Below, piece after piece: positions 1 to 8,029 of a stretch of 64,000 bases of DNA (the first letter of the stretch is position 1; every line of letters starts with the position of its first letter). The DNA comes from Clostridia bacterium (lineage in GTDB: Bacteria > Bacillota > Clostridia > Acetivibrionales > DTU013). The DNA lies in the NCBI GenBank assembly GCA_036260935.1, contig DATALQ010000014.1, forward strand, positions 73,432 through 137,431, read 5' to 3'. The position numbers were made by a program, and so were the translations under genes. A model generated the notes under the pieces. It saw only the letters and a list, made by a program, of their open reading frames with translations, was not told where the DNA came from and ran no database searches.

Positions 1-454
1 GTATGCGGCCAAAGAGACCGTGACGCTCATAGGAGTCAAGGGGGCAATAGAAGGGGTTCGGATACTGGGCCCTGCAAGAACCCAAACCCAGGCGGAGATC
101 CTCATGAGCGATACCTTCAGACTCGGAATAAAAGCGCCTGTCAGGGATTCGGGCGATCTCGGCGATACCCCCGGTATTACAATACTCGGGCCCCGCGGGA
201 TAGTCAATACCGACTCCGGAGTGATAGTAGCAAAAAGGCATATCCACTTAAGCTGTTCTGAAGCCGAAAGCCTGGCGCTCAGCGACAGGGACGAATTGCG
301 GGTCCGTATAGGAGGCGACAGGGGGTTGGTGTTCGATAAGGTGCTCGTCAGAGTGCACTCCTCGTTCAACGCCGAATTTCACGTCGACATGGATGAAGCC
401 AACGCGGCAGGAATACAAAAGGGAGATATCGTCCAAATAGAAAAAATATGTTGA
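1..454 (+). CDS. pduL: Phosphate propanoyltransferase PduL, 5'-truncated by the window edge
   Basis: The frame is open from position 2. The translation YAAKETVTLIGVKG...GVIVAKRHIHLS...HVDMDEANAAG matches, from memory, the C-terminal two thirds of Salmonella PduL (QYAAEETVTLVGPKG, AQRHIHMS, IDTDEANAAG). About 65-70 N-terminal residues lie outside the window. Confidence 0.9.
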   Translation, partial: YAAKETVTLIGVKGAIEGVRILGPARTQTQAEILMSDTFRLGIKAPVRDSGDLGDTPGITILGPRGIVNTDSGVIVAKRHIHLSCSEAESLALSDRDELRVRIGGDRGLVFDKVLVRVHSSFNAEFHVDMDEANAAGIQKGDIVQIEKIC

Positions 455-475
455 CATAAAACGGGGGTATCGGTA

Positions 476-1249
476 TTGGACGAACAACAGCTTTCCGCGA
501 TTATTGCAGAAGTATTAAAAAGGCTTAATACTGGCGACAGTATTAAGAGCCGCAATAAAGCACTGGTTATAATGCCGGATTTCAACAGTTTCCAGGCGCT
601 GGAGGATTTTCAGGAACACACCTGCGGGTTTGAAGCAGATCTGCTTACCAGACGGGAAAATGCAGGTTTGGCTGCCAATAAAGGTTTTGCACGGGTCTAT
701 GCCGTGGAAGACCTTTGTGCCGATTTAAACGAATGGGTCGGACAATTCGAGAAAGTATTGGTCCCATACCCTTCATTAAAAATGATATCTGAAATCGCTC
801 ACATTATTTTGGAAGACAGGTTTACGGAGGTTGTTTTCTCCTCGCTCCAGGAAGGTAAAAGCGTCCTGGCGGGCCCGACGGAGGATGAGCATAATTTCAA
901 AAACCTTTCCAATGCTTTGAAGTGCGAGATACGAAAGCTTACGGCAAAAATGAAGGATTTCGGCATAGAGCAAATACCGCCAAAGAACAGGCAGGATGGA
1001 GACAGGCCGAAAGCATGTGTCGCGGCATCGCAAATTACGCAGCCGGGAACGACGCTGCCGCAGACAGGTATATCACATCAAGCCCGGGTTGGAAAGGTCA
1101 TCTCGTTACAGGATGCCGTGGCTTTAGCAAAAACCTCCGGGGAGATACGCATAAATAAAGGCACCGTGGTTACTCCGCTCGCAATGGACTATTTCAGGGA
1201 AAAGAAAATATCTGTAAAGCACAGTGATCAGAATCGAAACGATATGTAA
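476..1249 (+). CDS. BMC-associated protein of unknown function with an encapsulation-peptide-like N-terminus
   Basis: TTG start preceded by GGGGG. It sits 21 nt after pduL and 33 nt before the pentamer gene. The N-terminal amphipathic stretch EQQLSAIIAEVLKRL resembles PduD/PduP/PduM targeting helices. The C-terminal ISLQDAVALAKTSGEIRINKGTVVTPLAMDYFREKKISV resembles the short motif found N-terminal to PduO-type adenosyltransferases. Confidence 0.6.
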   Translation: MDEQQLSAIIAEVLKRLNTGDSIKSRNKALVIMPDFNSFQALEDFQEHTCGFEADLLTRRENAGLAANKGFARVYAVEDLCADLNEWVGQFEKVLVPYPSLKMISEIAHIILEDRFTEVVFSSLQEGKSVLAGPTEDEHNFKNLSNALKCEIRKLTAKMKDFGIEQIPPKNRQDGDRPKACVAASQITQPGTTLPQTGISHQARVGKVISLQDAVALAKTSGEIRINKGTVVTPLAMDYFREKKISVKHSDQNRNDM

Positions 1250-1282
1250 AACCGGATTTGCCGGATAAATGGGGGGCGGAAT

Positions 1283-1567
1283 ATGTTTTACGGAAAGGTT
1301 ATAGGAACGGTTGTTGCCACCCAGAAGGATCAAAGGCTTTCGGGACATAAGCTGCTTGTCGTCCAGAAGATCGATTACGAGGGAGGCATCGAGGGTGAGC
1401 CGATAATTGCGGTCGATTATGTGCAGGCCGGGGTTGGCGATATAGTTTTCCTCGCGAAAAGCAAGGACTCGGTATTTCCCCTCAAGGAGAGAAACGCACC
1501 GATAGATGCCGGCATCGTAGGCATTATAGATTATATCAGGGCAGTTGATGAAAAACAGGAGAAATGA
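1283..1567 (+). CDS. BMC vertex (pentamer) protein, EutN/PduN/CcmL family
   Basis: 94 aa. MFYGKVIGTVVATQKD..L.G.KLLVVQ...VDYVQAGVGDIVFL is the canonical EutN/CcmL fold signature. RBS GGGGGCGGAAT precedes the ATG. Confidence 0.9.
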   Translation: MFYGKVIGTVVATQKDQRLSGHKLLVVQKIDYEGGIEGEPIIAVDYVQAGVGDIVFLAKSKDSVFPLKERNAPIDAGIVGIIDYIRAVDEKQEK

Positions 1568-1568
1568 A

Positions 1569-1835
1569 ATGTTTATCGGCAGGGTGATAGGTGTAATTGT
1601 TTCAACAAGCAAGGAAGAAAGCCTGAGAGGCCATAAGCTTCTGATAGTTCAGGATATTAGTGAAAAAGGTACGAAAAAATCACTCATAGCCCTGGACTCC
1701 GTAGGGGCAGGCATGGGAGAGACCGTGCTGGTGGTACACGACGGCGGAGCCGCCAGGCAGGCGGTACGTTCGAAGGATGCTCCGATCAATGCCGCAATTG
1801 TAGGTATTGTCGATCATCCGGAACAATTTGAATGA
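1569..1835 (+). CDS. Second BMC vertex (pentamer) protein, EutN/PduN family
   Basis: MFIGRVIGVIVSTSKEESLRGHKLLIVQ...DSVGAGMGETVLV is a paralog of the preceding gene. I chose the ATG at 1569 (AGGAG 8 nt upstream, 1 nt after the upstream stop) over the track start at 1545. Confidence 0.85.
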   Translation: MFIGRVIGVIVSTSKEESLRGHKLLIVQDISEKGTKKSLIALDSVGAGMGETVLVVHDGGAARQAVRSKDAPINAAIVGIVDHPEQFE

Positions 1836-1844
1836 GGTGGTTTT

Positions 1845-2993
1845 TTGAACAGCGAATGCTCCTGGTACTATATGCCCCGCACTACGCTCATCGGCGCGGG
1901 CGCCGTTAAAAAAACGGGTGAAGAGCTGAAGAGCAGAGGCGTAAGAAAAAGCTTGGTCGTAACGGATAAATTTATGGCAGCCTCATCTGTCATGGGAATA
2001 ATTAAAGAAGTTCTGGACGGCTCGAATATCTGTACGTCGGTTTTCAGCAGGGTAGAACCGAATCCGACCATGTCCCAGGTCTCCGAAGGGGTAAAGGTAT
2101 TCATTGAGGAGAACTGTGATTCGATTATTTCGCTCGGAGGAGGCAGTCCGCACGACTGTGCAAAGGCAATCAAGCTTACGCTGCTGGACGGCGGGCTGAC
2201 AAGTCTGGACACTGTCCCGCTGATGGCCGTCAACACCACGGCAGGTACGGCAAGCGAGATCACGAGGTTTGCCATAATAACCGATACGGATAAGCATCAG
2301 AAGCTGTCGATCATTGATGAACGGGCAATTCCCGATATAGCCGTAGACGACCCGGGGTTAATGGTCGGCATGCCCGCGGGACTGACCGCCGCAACCGGTA
2401 TGGATGCTTTGACGCACGCTGTGGAGGCGTTTGTCGCAAAGGGCAGGAACCCGATTACTGATTGTACTTCGATAAAGGCTATAGAACTTATAAATAAATA
2501 TTTACTGAGAGCTTATAGAAAAGGCGATGACATGGAAGCGAGGGACGGTATGGTATATGCTCAATATCTGGCGGGCATGGCGTTTTCAAATTCCGGACTC
2601 GGGCTTGCACACGCTATGGCGCATCAATTGGGCGGCATCTACAATCTGCCTCATGGACTCTGCAATGCAATATTGCTGCCATATGTCGTCACTTTTAATT
2701 TAGATTGCTGTTACAAGGATTATGCGCATATCGCAAGATCAATCGGCATATGTTCCCCGGCTTTGCCCGATAGGACTGCTGCCAGAGCTTTCGTGAGATA
2801 TATTGCAAAGCTTGACAGGGAGCTTGCGATGCCGAAAAAGACAAAAGAACTCGGCGTACGGCCGGACGACTTTAAAAAACTGGCCGGCATGGCTATGGCT
2901 GATCCATCGCTTAAAATGAATCCTGTCGATGCAGATGAGCAAAATATTATCGGATTGTATGAAAACTCGTACGAAGGCAGGCTTGAGACTTAG
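1845..2993 (+). CDS. Iron-containing alcohol dehydrogenase (lactaldehyde/propanol dehydrogenase type, FucO/PduQ-like)
   Basis: Fe-ADH motifs are present: GGGSPHDCAKAI, the metal-binding DALTHAVEA, and HAMAHQLGGIYNLPHG. TTG start with GAGGTGG 4 nt upstream. The N-terminus aligns with E. coli FucO. Confidence 0.9.
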   Translation: MNSECSWYYMPRTTLIGAGAVKKTGEELKSRGVRKSLVVTDKFMAASSVMGIIKEVLDGSNICTSVFSRVEPNPTMSQVSEGVKVFIEENCDSIISLGGGSPHDCAKAIKLTLLDGGLTSLDTVPLMAVNTTAGTASEITRFAIITDTDKHQKLSIIDERAIPDIAVDDPGLMVGMPAGLTAATGMDALTHAVEAFVAKGRNPITDCTSIKAIELINKYLLRAYRKGDDMEARDGMVYAQYLAGMAFSNSGLGLAHAMAHQLGGIYNLPHGLCNAILLPYVVTFNLDCCYKDYAHIARSIGICSPALPDRTAARAFVRYIAKLDRELAMPKKTKELGVRPDDFKKLAGMAMADPSLKMNPVDADEQNIIGLYENSYEGRLET

Positions 2994-3014
2994 TATATAT
3001 GGGGGTGTGAAGCT

Positions 3015-3800
3015 TTGAAAGGAATCTGGCTTGGTACAAACTGGAAGATGCATAAATCGCTGGAGGAGGGAATCGCTTACTCCAAAAGCCTTATCGAACT
3101 TACAAAAGATGTGAATAAAAATATCACATTCTTTATAATACCGCCGTATACATCACTATGGCCTATAAAGGATGTTCTTGGAGACTCGGGGATAAAGCTT
3201 GGAGCCCAGAGCTCACATTGGGAAGACCAGGGAGCATACACAGGGGAAATCTCTCCCATGATGCTTGCGGAAATTGGAATCGATATAGTGGAATTGGGCC
3301 ATTCGGAAAGAAGGCAGTACTATAATGAAAATGATGCGGATATCAATAAAAAGGCCCATGCAGTGCTCAAGTACGGTATGAAGCCGCTGATATGCGTCGG
3401 AGAAAATATAGCGCAGAAAAGCTATGGGATCGCGCAGGAAACGATTGAATCGCAGATGAAGGTCTGTTTGTCCGGCATATCGACAGAAAATGCCGCGAAT
3501 GTAATGATAGCTTACGAGCCTGTATGGGCTATAGGCGAAAACGGTATTCCTGCCGATGCTGAACATGTTTCTTTTATTCATGATACGATAAGAAACGTCC
3601 TCAAAGACAAATATGGGGCAATAGGCGATGAAATCCCGATTCTTTACGGCGGGAGCGTAAATGAAAAGAACAGCATGGAATACCTGATGCTGCCCAATGT
3701 CAACGGTCTGTTCATAGGCCGGGCGGCATGGGATCTGACCCGGTTCAGAAAAATAATATCGGACGCGGATAAAAATACCACGAGCGCCCGCCACTTTTGA
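3015..3800 (+). CDS. tpiA: Triosephosphate isomerase paralog
   Basis: TPI catalytic signatures are present: GTNWKMHK (Lys), ELGHSERR (His), AYEPVWAIGENG (Glu) and the GGSV phosphate loop. TTG start with GGGGGTG upstream. Confidence 0.85.
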   Translation: MKGIWLGTNWKMHKSLEEGIAYSKSLIELTKDVNKNITFFIIPPYTSLWPIKDVLGDSGIKLGAQSSHWEDQGAYTGEISPMMLAEIGIDIVELGHSERRQYYNENDADINKKAHAVLKYGMKPLICVGENIAQKSYGIAQETIESQMKVCLSGISTENAANVMIAYEPVWAIGENGIPADAEHVSFIHDTIRNVLKDKYGAIGDEIPILYGGSVNEKNSMEYLMLPNVNGLFIGRAAWDLTRFRKIISDADKNTTSARHF

Positions 3801-3881
3801 ACAAGACTCCGCAAAGCTTATTGCGCCAGCACATAAGCTACATTATCATGCTGCGCAGCAACTAGCTATGTTCCATAAATA

Positions 3882-3910
3882 AAAGGCCTGACAATTTATG
3901 TCAGGCCTTT
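3882..3910. terminator. Hairpin between convergent genes; Rho-independent terminator mainly for the minus-strand MFS gene
   Basis: AAAGGCCTGACA-ATTTA-TGTCAGGCCTTT. On the minus strand it is followed by TTTATTTAT. Confidence 0.6.
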
Positions 3911-3940
3911 CGTCTACGTGACCCTTCACAGCCTTTTCAG

Positions 3941-5140
3941 TCAGTGTACCTTTGATAAGGACGTAACTCTTTTCTCGTATATAGTGAATACAACTATAGC
4001 GAATATCAGTAATGCGGCTACACAGGTGAACATCGTTTGATAGCCGAACAAGTCGGAGATCTTGCCGCCAATGATCGGGCCAAGCCCCTGTCCGATATCG
4101 GCGCCGATAAAAAATGTACTCGTTGCCACCCCGACTTTGGCCGGGGAGACTTTTTTTATGCAGGCAGACTGCAGTGAAATCTGGCCACCGCCCTGCCCTA
4201 TGGCTTTAAGTGCCGCAGCGGCCATCATGACGGCAAAAACCGAGGTGAACCCTGCCATTGCCATGGAGGCCGCACTGAACAACAGAGATATATTGACCAT
4301 AATGATAAGCTTTGTCTTGTCTGCGACTTTGCCGATGGTAAGCCTCATCACGAACAGTACAATCGCATTGACCGAAAAGAACAAGGCTATATTTGCTATG
4401 GAGCGATCCTGGCCTACAAGCACGAGGAATGAATTTACGATCCCGTTACCAAGGGAAAACAGGCCTCCAATAAGCGCGTACATAATGCATTCTTTAGCGA
4501 TCAGACTGCCAAAGGCTAGTTTTTCATGTTTCTTACCTTTTTCCGGATTTTCACTAACCATTGGGGTGGCTTTATATTTAAAACTGAATTGAAGGATGAC
4601 TGCTGCTGAAAATGTAAGAAGGGAAATTATGATGAACAGCATGTCATAACCGTACAAATCCTTAATGTAGATACCGATACTCGGTCCGGCGACCTGCGCC
4701 ATAACCTGGCCCAACCCGAAATAACCCAGGCCCTGGCCCATGTTTTCATCCGGGATATATTCGCTGACAAGTGCGAGATTGGCTGTTCCGCTGATGCCGA
4801 ACGCAAGCCCGTGTATGATCCTCATGACCAAAAAGGTGCTTATATTTGGAGCAATCACGTATCCTAACATGGCGACGCCTATTAATAGAGTAGATAGCAC
4901 GCACATGGTCTTTTTGTTGAAAACATCCGTCGCATAACCGCTGAAGGGGCGGCTTAATAATGCCGAAATTGAGAATATCCCGGCGACGGTTCCCGCCATG
5001 GTTAGTTTTGAGCCAAGTTCTACAGCATACGAGGATACAAGCGTCATTATCATGTTGTACCCGAAGGAAGTAATGAGGCTTATTAAAATAAGCAGAATAA
5101 AATTCTTGTTGAGAAGCTTTTCCGGTTTTTTATAATTCAA
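3941..5140 (-). CDS. MFS transporter
   Basis: 399 aa and highly hydrophobic with about 12 predicted TM segments. An MFS loop-like motif GYATDVFNKK lies between TM2 and TM3. Confidence 0.85.
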   Translation of the reverse strand: MNYKKPEKLLNKNFILLILISLITSFGYNMIMTLVSSYAVELGSKLTMAGTVAGIFSISALLSRPFSGYATDVFNKKTMCVLSTLLIGVAMLGYVIAPNISTFLVMRIIHGLAFGISGTANLALVSEYIPDENMGQGLGYFGLGQVMAQVAGPSIGIYIKDLYGYDMLFIIISLLTFSAAVILQFSFKYKATPMVSENPEKGKKHEKLAFGSLIAKECIMYALIGGLFSLGNGIVNSFLVLVGQDRSIANIALFFSVNAIVLFVMRLTIGKVADKTKLIIMVNISLLFSAASMAMAGFTSVFAVMMAAAALKAIGQGGGQISLQSACIKKVSPAKVGVATSTFFIGADIGQGLGPIIGGKISDLFGYQTMFTCVAALLIFAIVVFTIYEKRVTSLSKVH

Positions 5141-5349
5141 TCTGAATGTCCCCCTTAATCTTTATGCTAAATAAACACTATCGTTTTAGCTATACATCAA
5201 AAAAAACTCCCTTATCCGGGGTTATTGAAATTTACTATCTGCTACATAATAATAATACCTGTTATTTGATTAGTCAACCAATATATTTTGCCGTTTTATT
5301 TTATTGTAACAAAAGAATAGCTCCTTATTATTGATTAAAATTTAGGATA

Positions 5350-5377
5350 TTGACGCAAACAAAAAAAGTAGTAGAAT
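5350..5377 (+). promoter_or_regulatory. Sigma-A type promoter of the LacI-family gene
   Basis: TTGACG (5350-5355), a 16-nt spacer, then TAGAAT (5372-5377). Confidence 0.45.
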
Positions 5378-5390
5378 TAAACATGGATTT

Positions 5391-5406
5391 AGCTACTAAT
5401 TTAGCA
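5391..5406. promoter_or_regulatory. Imperfect inverted repeat, candidate LacI-family operator (autoregulation)
   Basis: AGCTACTAATTTAGCA lies just downstream of the -10. It shares the GCTA..TAGC half-sites with the 6472 and 6540 sites. Confidence 0.3.
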
Positions 5407-5432
5407 TACTCAGTATGAGAGGAGGCAGTTCT

Positions 5433-6467
5433 ATGGATAAATCTTCATCTTCGGTTCAAATAAAACAAATTGCCGAACAGCTGGCTTTATCTCAAAGCAC
5501 GGTATCCATAGTTCTCAACGGGCGCGGCGACCAGATGCGGATTTCTAAAGCTACACAGGATAGAGTTCTGGCGGCCGCGAAGGATATGAATTATCAGCCG
5601 AACATATACGCAAGAAGGCTTAGAAGGGCAGGGGAGAAGCAAGCCGGACAGATCATCGTTATTTTTTGGAACTCAAAATATACCGACGACTCAATGGGCA
5701 AATTTTTCAAGGGAGCCTCGGCTACCATTGAGAAAAACAATTATAATATTGAGTTTAGCGTTCAGCTTTTTGACGAAGATCACCTCTCCAAATTCAGACA
5801 TTTGATGACAGCTCAAAAATATAACGGCATGATTGTCTGCGGCCCAAGCGATAAGGATCTTGAATTTCTGGTGAATGAGACATTCGATGTGCCGCTCGTT
5901 TTGTCCAACAGAAGCAGTAACAAGTACAGCGGCATATATACCGACAATTTTGATACAGGCAGGCACTGTGCAAAACTATTTGCCGACAAGGGGCATAAAA
6001 GGGCGGGCATAATCGGAATATCCCAAAAAAGCGGCGGTGCGGCGATCAGAAGATATGGCTTTATCAGCGAATGTGAGCGGCTTGGGATTGAAATAAGAGA
6101 CGAGTGGATAACAGAGTCTGAGAATTACGATATAACCGGGGGGTATAAATGCGCTCAGAAAATAATTGAATGCCGGAACTTGCCTACGGGGCTTTTCATA
6201 TTGTCGGATTTGCTGGCAATCGGCGCAATGATAGCTTTCAAGGATCACGGTATCAGGGTCCCGGAGGATATAGAAGTACTTGTTTATGGAAGTAACGAGA
6301 TGTTTGAAATGATGACGCCTTCTATTTCTACAGTGGTGATTTCAAGGGAGAAAATGGCGGAAAGCGCAGTAAACCTGCTTATGACAAAGATAGAGAACAA
6401 TATTGAGGATCCTATCAGCAGTGTGATGGTACCGGAGTATAAATTCAGAGATAGTTTTAACGTATGA
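5433..6467 (+). CDS. LacI family transcriptional regulator
   Basis: N-terminal HTH IKQIAEQLALSQSTVSIVLNG followed by a periplasmic-binding-protein-like sugar domain. I chose the ATG at 5433 (GGAGG 7 nt upstream) over 5415. Confidence 0.9.
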   Translation: MDKSSSSVQIKQIAEQLALSQSTVSIVLNGRGDQMRISKATQDRVLAAAKDMNYQPNIYARRLRRAGEKQAGQIIVIFWNSKYTDDSMGKFFKGASATIEKNNYNIEFSVQLFDEDHLSKFRHLMTAQKYNGMIVCGPSDKDLEFLVNETFDVPLVLSNRSSNKYSGIYTDNFDTGRHCAKLFADKGHKRAGIIGISQKSGGAAIRRYGFISECERLGIEIRDEWITESENYDITGGYKCAQKIIECRNLPTGLFILSDLLAIGAMIAFKDHGIRVPEDIEVLVYGSNEMFEMMTPSISTVVISREKMAESAVNLLMTKIENNIEDPISSVMVPEYKFRDSFNV

Positions 6468-6471
6468 TCCA

Positions 6472-6483
6472 GCTAAATTTAGC
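6472..6483. promoter_or_regulatory. Perfect 12-bp palindrome upstream of the ABC operon promoter
   Basis: GCTAAATTTAGC is self-complementary and lies 24 bp upstream of the -35. Confidence 0.3.
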
Positions 6484-6506
6484 AAAATAAACCAGCTTTT
6501 TATCTA

Positions 6507-6535
6507 TTGACAATAGTTTCTATGTAGAGTACAAT
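6507..6535 (+). promoter_or_regulatory. Sigma-A type promoter of the ABC/esterase operon
   Basis: TTGACA (6507-6512), a 17-nt spacer, then TACAAT (6530-6535). Confidence 0.55.
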
Positions 6536-6539
6536 GACC

Positions 6540-6559
6540 TTGCTAAAACAAAGTAGCAA
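6540..6559. promoter_or_regulatory. Inverted repeat overlapping the predicted transcription start, candidate operator
   Basis: TTGCTA-N8-TAGCAA lies immediately downstream of the -10. Confidence 0.35.
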
Positions 6560-6582
6560 ATTAAAAGGGAGGTCAACATTGT

Positions 6583-7923
6583 ATGAAGAAACTACTAGCA
6601 ATTATCCTGGCTGTAACATTACTTATTACTGCTGCAGGTTGTTCAAGCAGCAGTAGCAGCAACAGCAGCAATAACAGCAGTACGGCATCCTCTTCTTCAG
6701 GGACTTCATCGCCTGATGCATCCGCAGATACCGTGAAGAGCAAACCAATAACAATTAATTTTTGGAATGGCTTTACCGGGCCTGATGGTGAAATCCTGAC
6801 GGAATACGTCGATAAGTTCAACGAAACGAATCCTTACGGTATTACGATCGAGATGGATATCAATGCCCAATTCCTCCAAAAGATTGCTGCGGCGTTTGCC
6901 GGCGGTCAGGCTCCTGATTTGATACTTGCACCGAGTTCTTTCAAAGACACTTATCCCGATTACCTCGCTGATATGAACGAGATATTTACAGCTACAAGCC
7001 TTAAGAAGGAAGATTTCAGCGGCGACTATATAGAAAACTGCTCGGTCGGCAGCAAGCTTTTTGCTTTGCCGTACCAGGTAACAGGACGTTACATGTACTG
7101 GAACAAGGATCTCTTCAAGACTGCAGGACTCGACCCTGAGAAGGGACCGGCAACATATGATGAATGGGCCCAGTTTGCATCCAAGATTACAAATAAGGAT
7201 AAAAACATCTATGGTTCCGGTGTACCGTACAGTCAGGTCTTTACTACCGTACACATTCTCCAGAGGATGGGCGGACTGTTTATCGACTATGACAATAACA
7301 AAAAGCTTACTCCGAGATTCAAGGATAACAAAGGTTACGCAAAATTCCTCAACTGGCTCGGCGGTATGGTAAAATCCAAAGACAATCCGCTTGAAAAAGA
7401 TACCGATTCCATGATGAAGGCCGGTCAGATAGGTATCACGGTCAGCGGTGCGTTCCTCAGCCCTGCCCTTGACGCCGCAGGAATAAATTACGGCGTAGCA
7501 CAGCTGCCTTATGACGAAGCAGGTGCTATGAACCCCTGCTCGATTGCAGGCTTGGCAGTAACATCGTCTGCCAGCCCTGAAGCAAAGCAGGCAGCGTTCA
7601 AATTCATCGAATGGTGGTTCAAAGGCGACAAAAACACAGAGACTTCCGGTATACTCAACTGGTCTCTGACAAATGGCTACCCATCATTCTATACTCCGGC
7701 AATCAATGATGCAAAATACAAGGCGTCGCCCAAACTGGCCGCAATGACATGCACCGATGCAAATGCATCTTCAACCTACCTTGCTCCGAAGGAATTTACA
7801 AAGACCTTTGAACTTGCCAATGAAGTAATAGAAAACATGATTGAATCAGTCATAACCAGCGGCAAGGATGTCAACAAGGCTCTCGATGACGCTCAAACGA
7901 AAGCTGAAAGCTATCTGAAGTAA
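6583..7923 (+). CDS. ABC transporter extracellular solute-binding lipoprotein (carbohydrate family 1 type)
   Basis: Signal peptide plus lipobox ITAAGC, followed by a Ser/Asn-rich linker and a typical sugar SBP body. RBS AAGGGAGG. Confidence 0.9.
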   Translation: MKKLLAIILAVTLLITAAGCSSSSSSNSSNNSSTASSSSGTSSPDASADTVKSKPITINFWNGFTGPDGEILTEYVDKFNETNPYGITIEMDINAQFLQKIAAAFAGGQAPDLILAPSSFKDTYPDYLADMNEIFTATSLKKEDFSGDYIENCSVGSKLFALPYQVTGRYMYWNKDLFKTAGLDPEKGPATYDEWAQFASKITNKDKNIYGSGVPYSQVFTTVHILQRMGGLFIDYDNNKKLTPRFKDNKGYAKFLNWLGGMVKSKDNPLEKDTDSMMKAGQIGITVSGAFLSPALDAAGINYGVAQLPYDEAGAMNPCSIAGLAVTSSASPEAKQAAFKFIEWWFKGDKNTETSGILNWSLTNGYPSFYTPAINDAKYKASPKLAAMTCTDANASSTYLAPKEFTKTFELANEVIENMIESVITSGKDVNKALDDAQTKAESYLK

Positions 7924-7968
7924 AACGGATGAGTTTTGATCCGAAAGTTTTCATATGACATAAACTCT

Positions 7969-8008
7969 CGGGGGCTCGGAGAAAATCCTCCAGGCCCCCG
8001 TTGGTTTT
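7969..8008 (+). terminator. Intra-operon hairpin (attenuator/partial terminator) after the SBP gene
   Basis: CGGGGGC..GGAG-AAAATC-CTCC..GCCCCCG followed by TTGGTTTT. Confidence 0.5.
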
Positions 8009-8029
8009 ATAATTCTGTGGAGGTCGTTT

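Noticed and set aside
1-3800. Treating the BMC genes as a complete microcompartment system.
   Set aside because: Only the distal part of the locus is in the window. No shell hexamer, signature enzyme or aldehyde dehydrogenase is visible, so the BMC type (glycyl-radical versus B12) cannot be decided here.
6640-6710. An AGC/AAC-rich repetitive DNA tract (poly-Ser/Asn codons).
   Set aside because: It encodes the flexible linker that follows the lipobox Cys of the SBP, a common feature of Firmicute lipoproteins. I see no evidence of a separate function.
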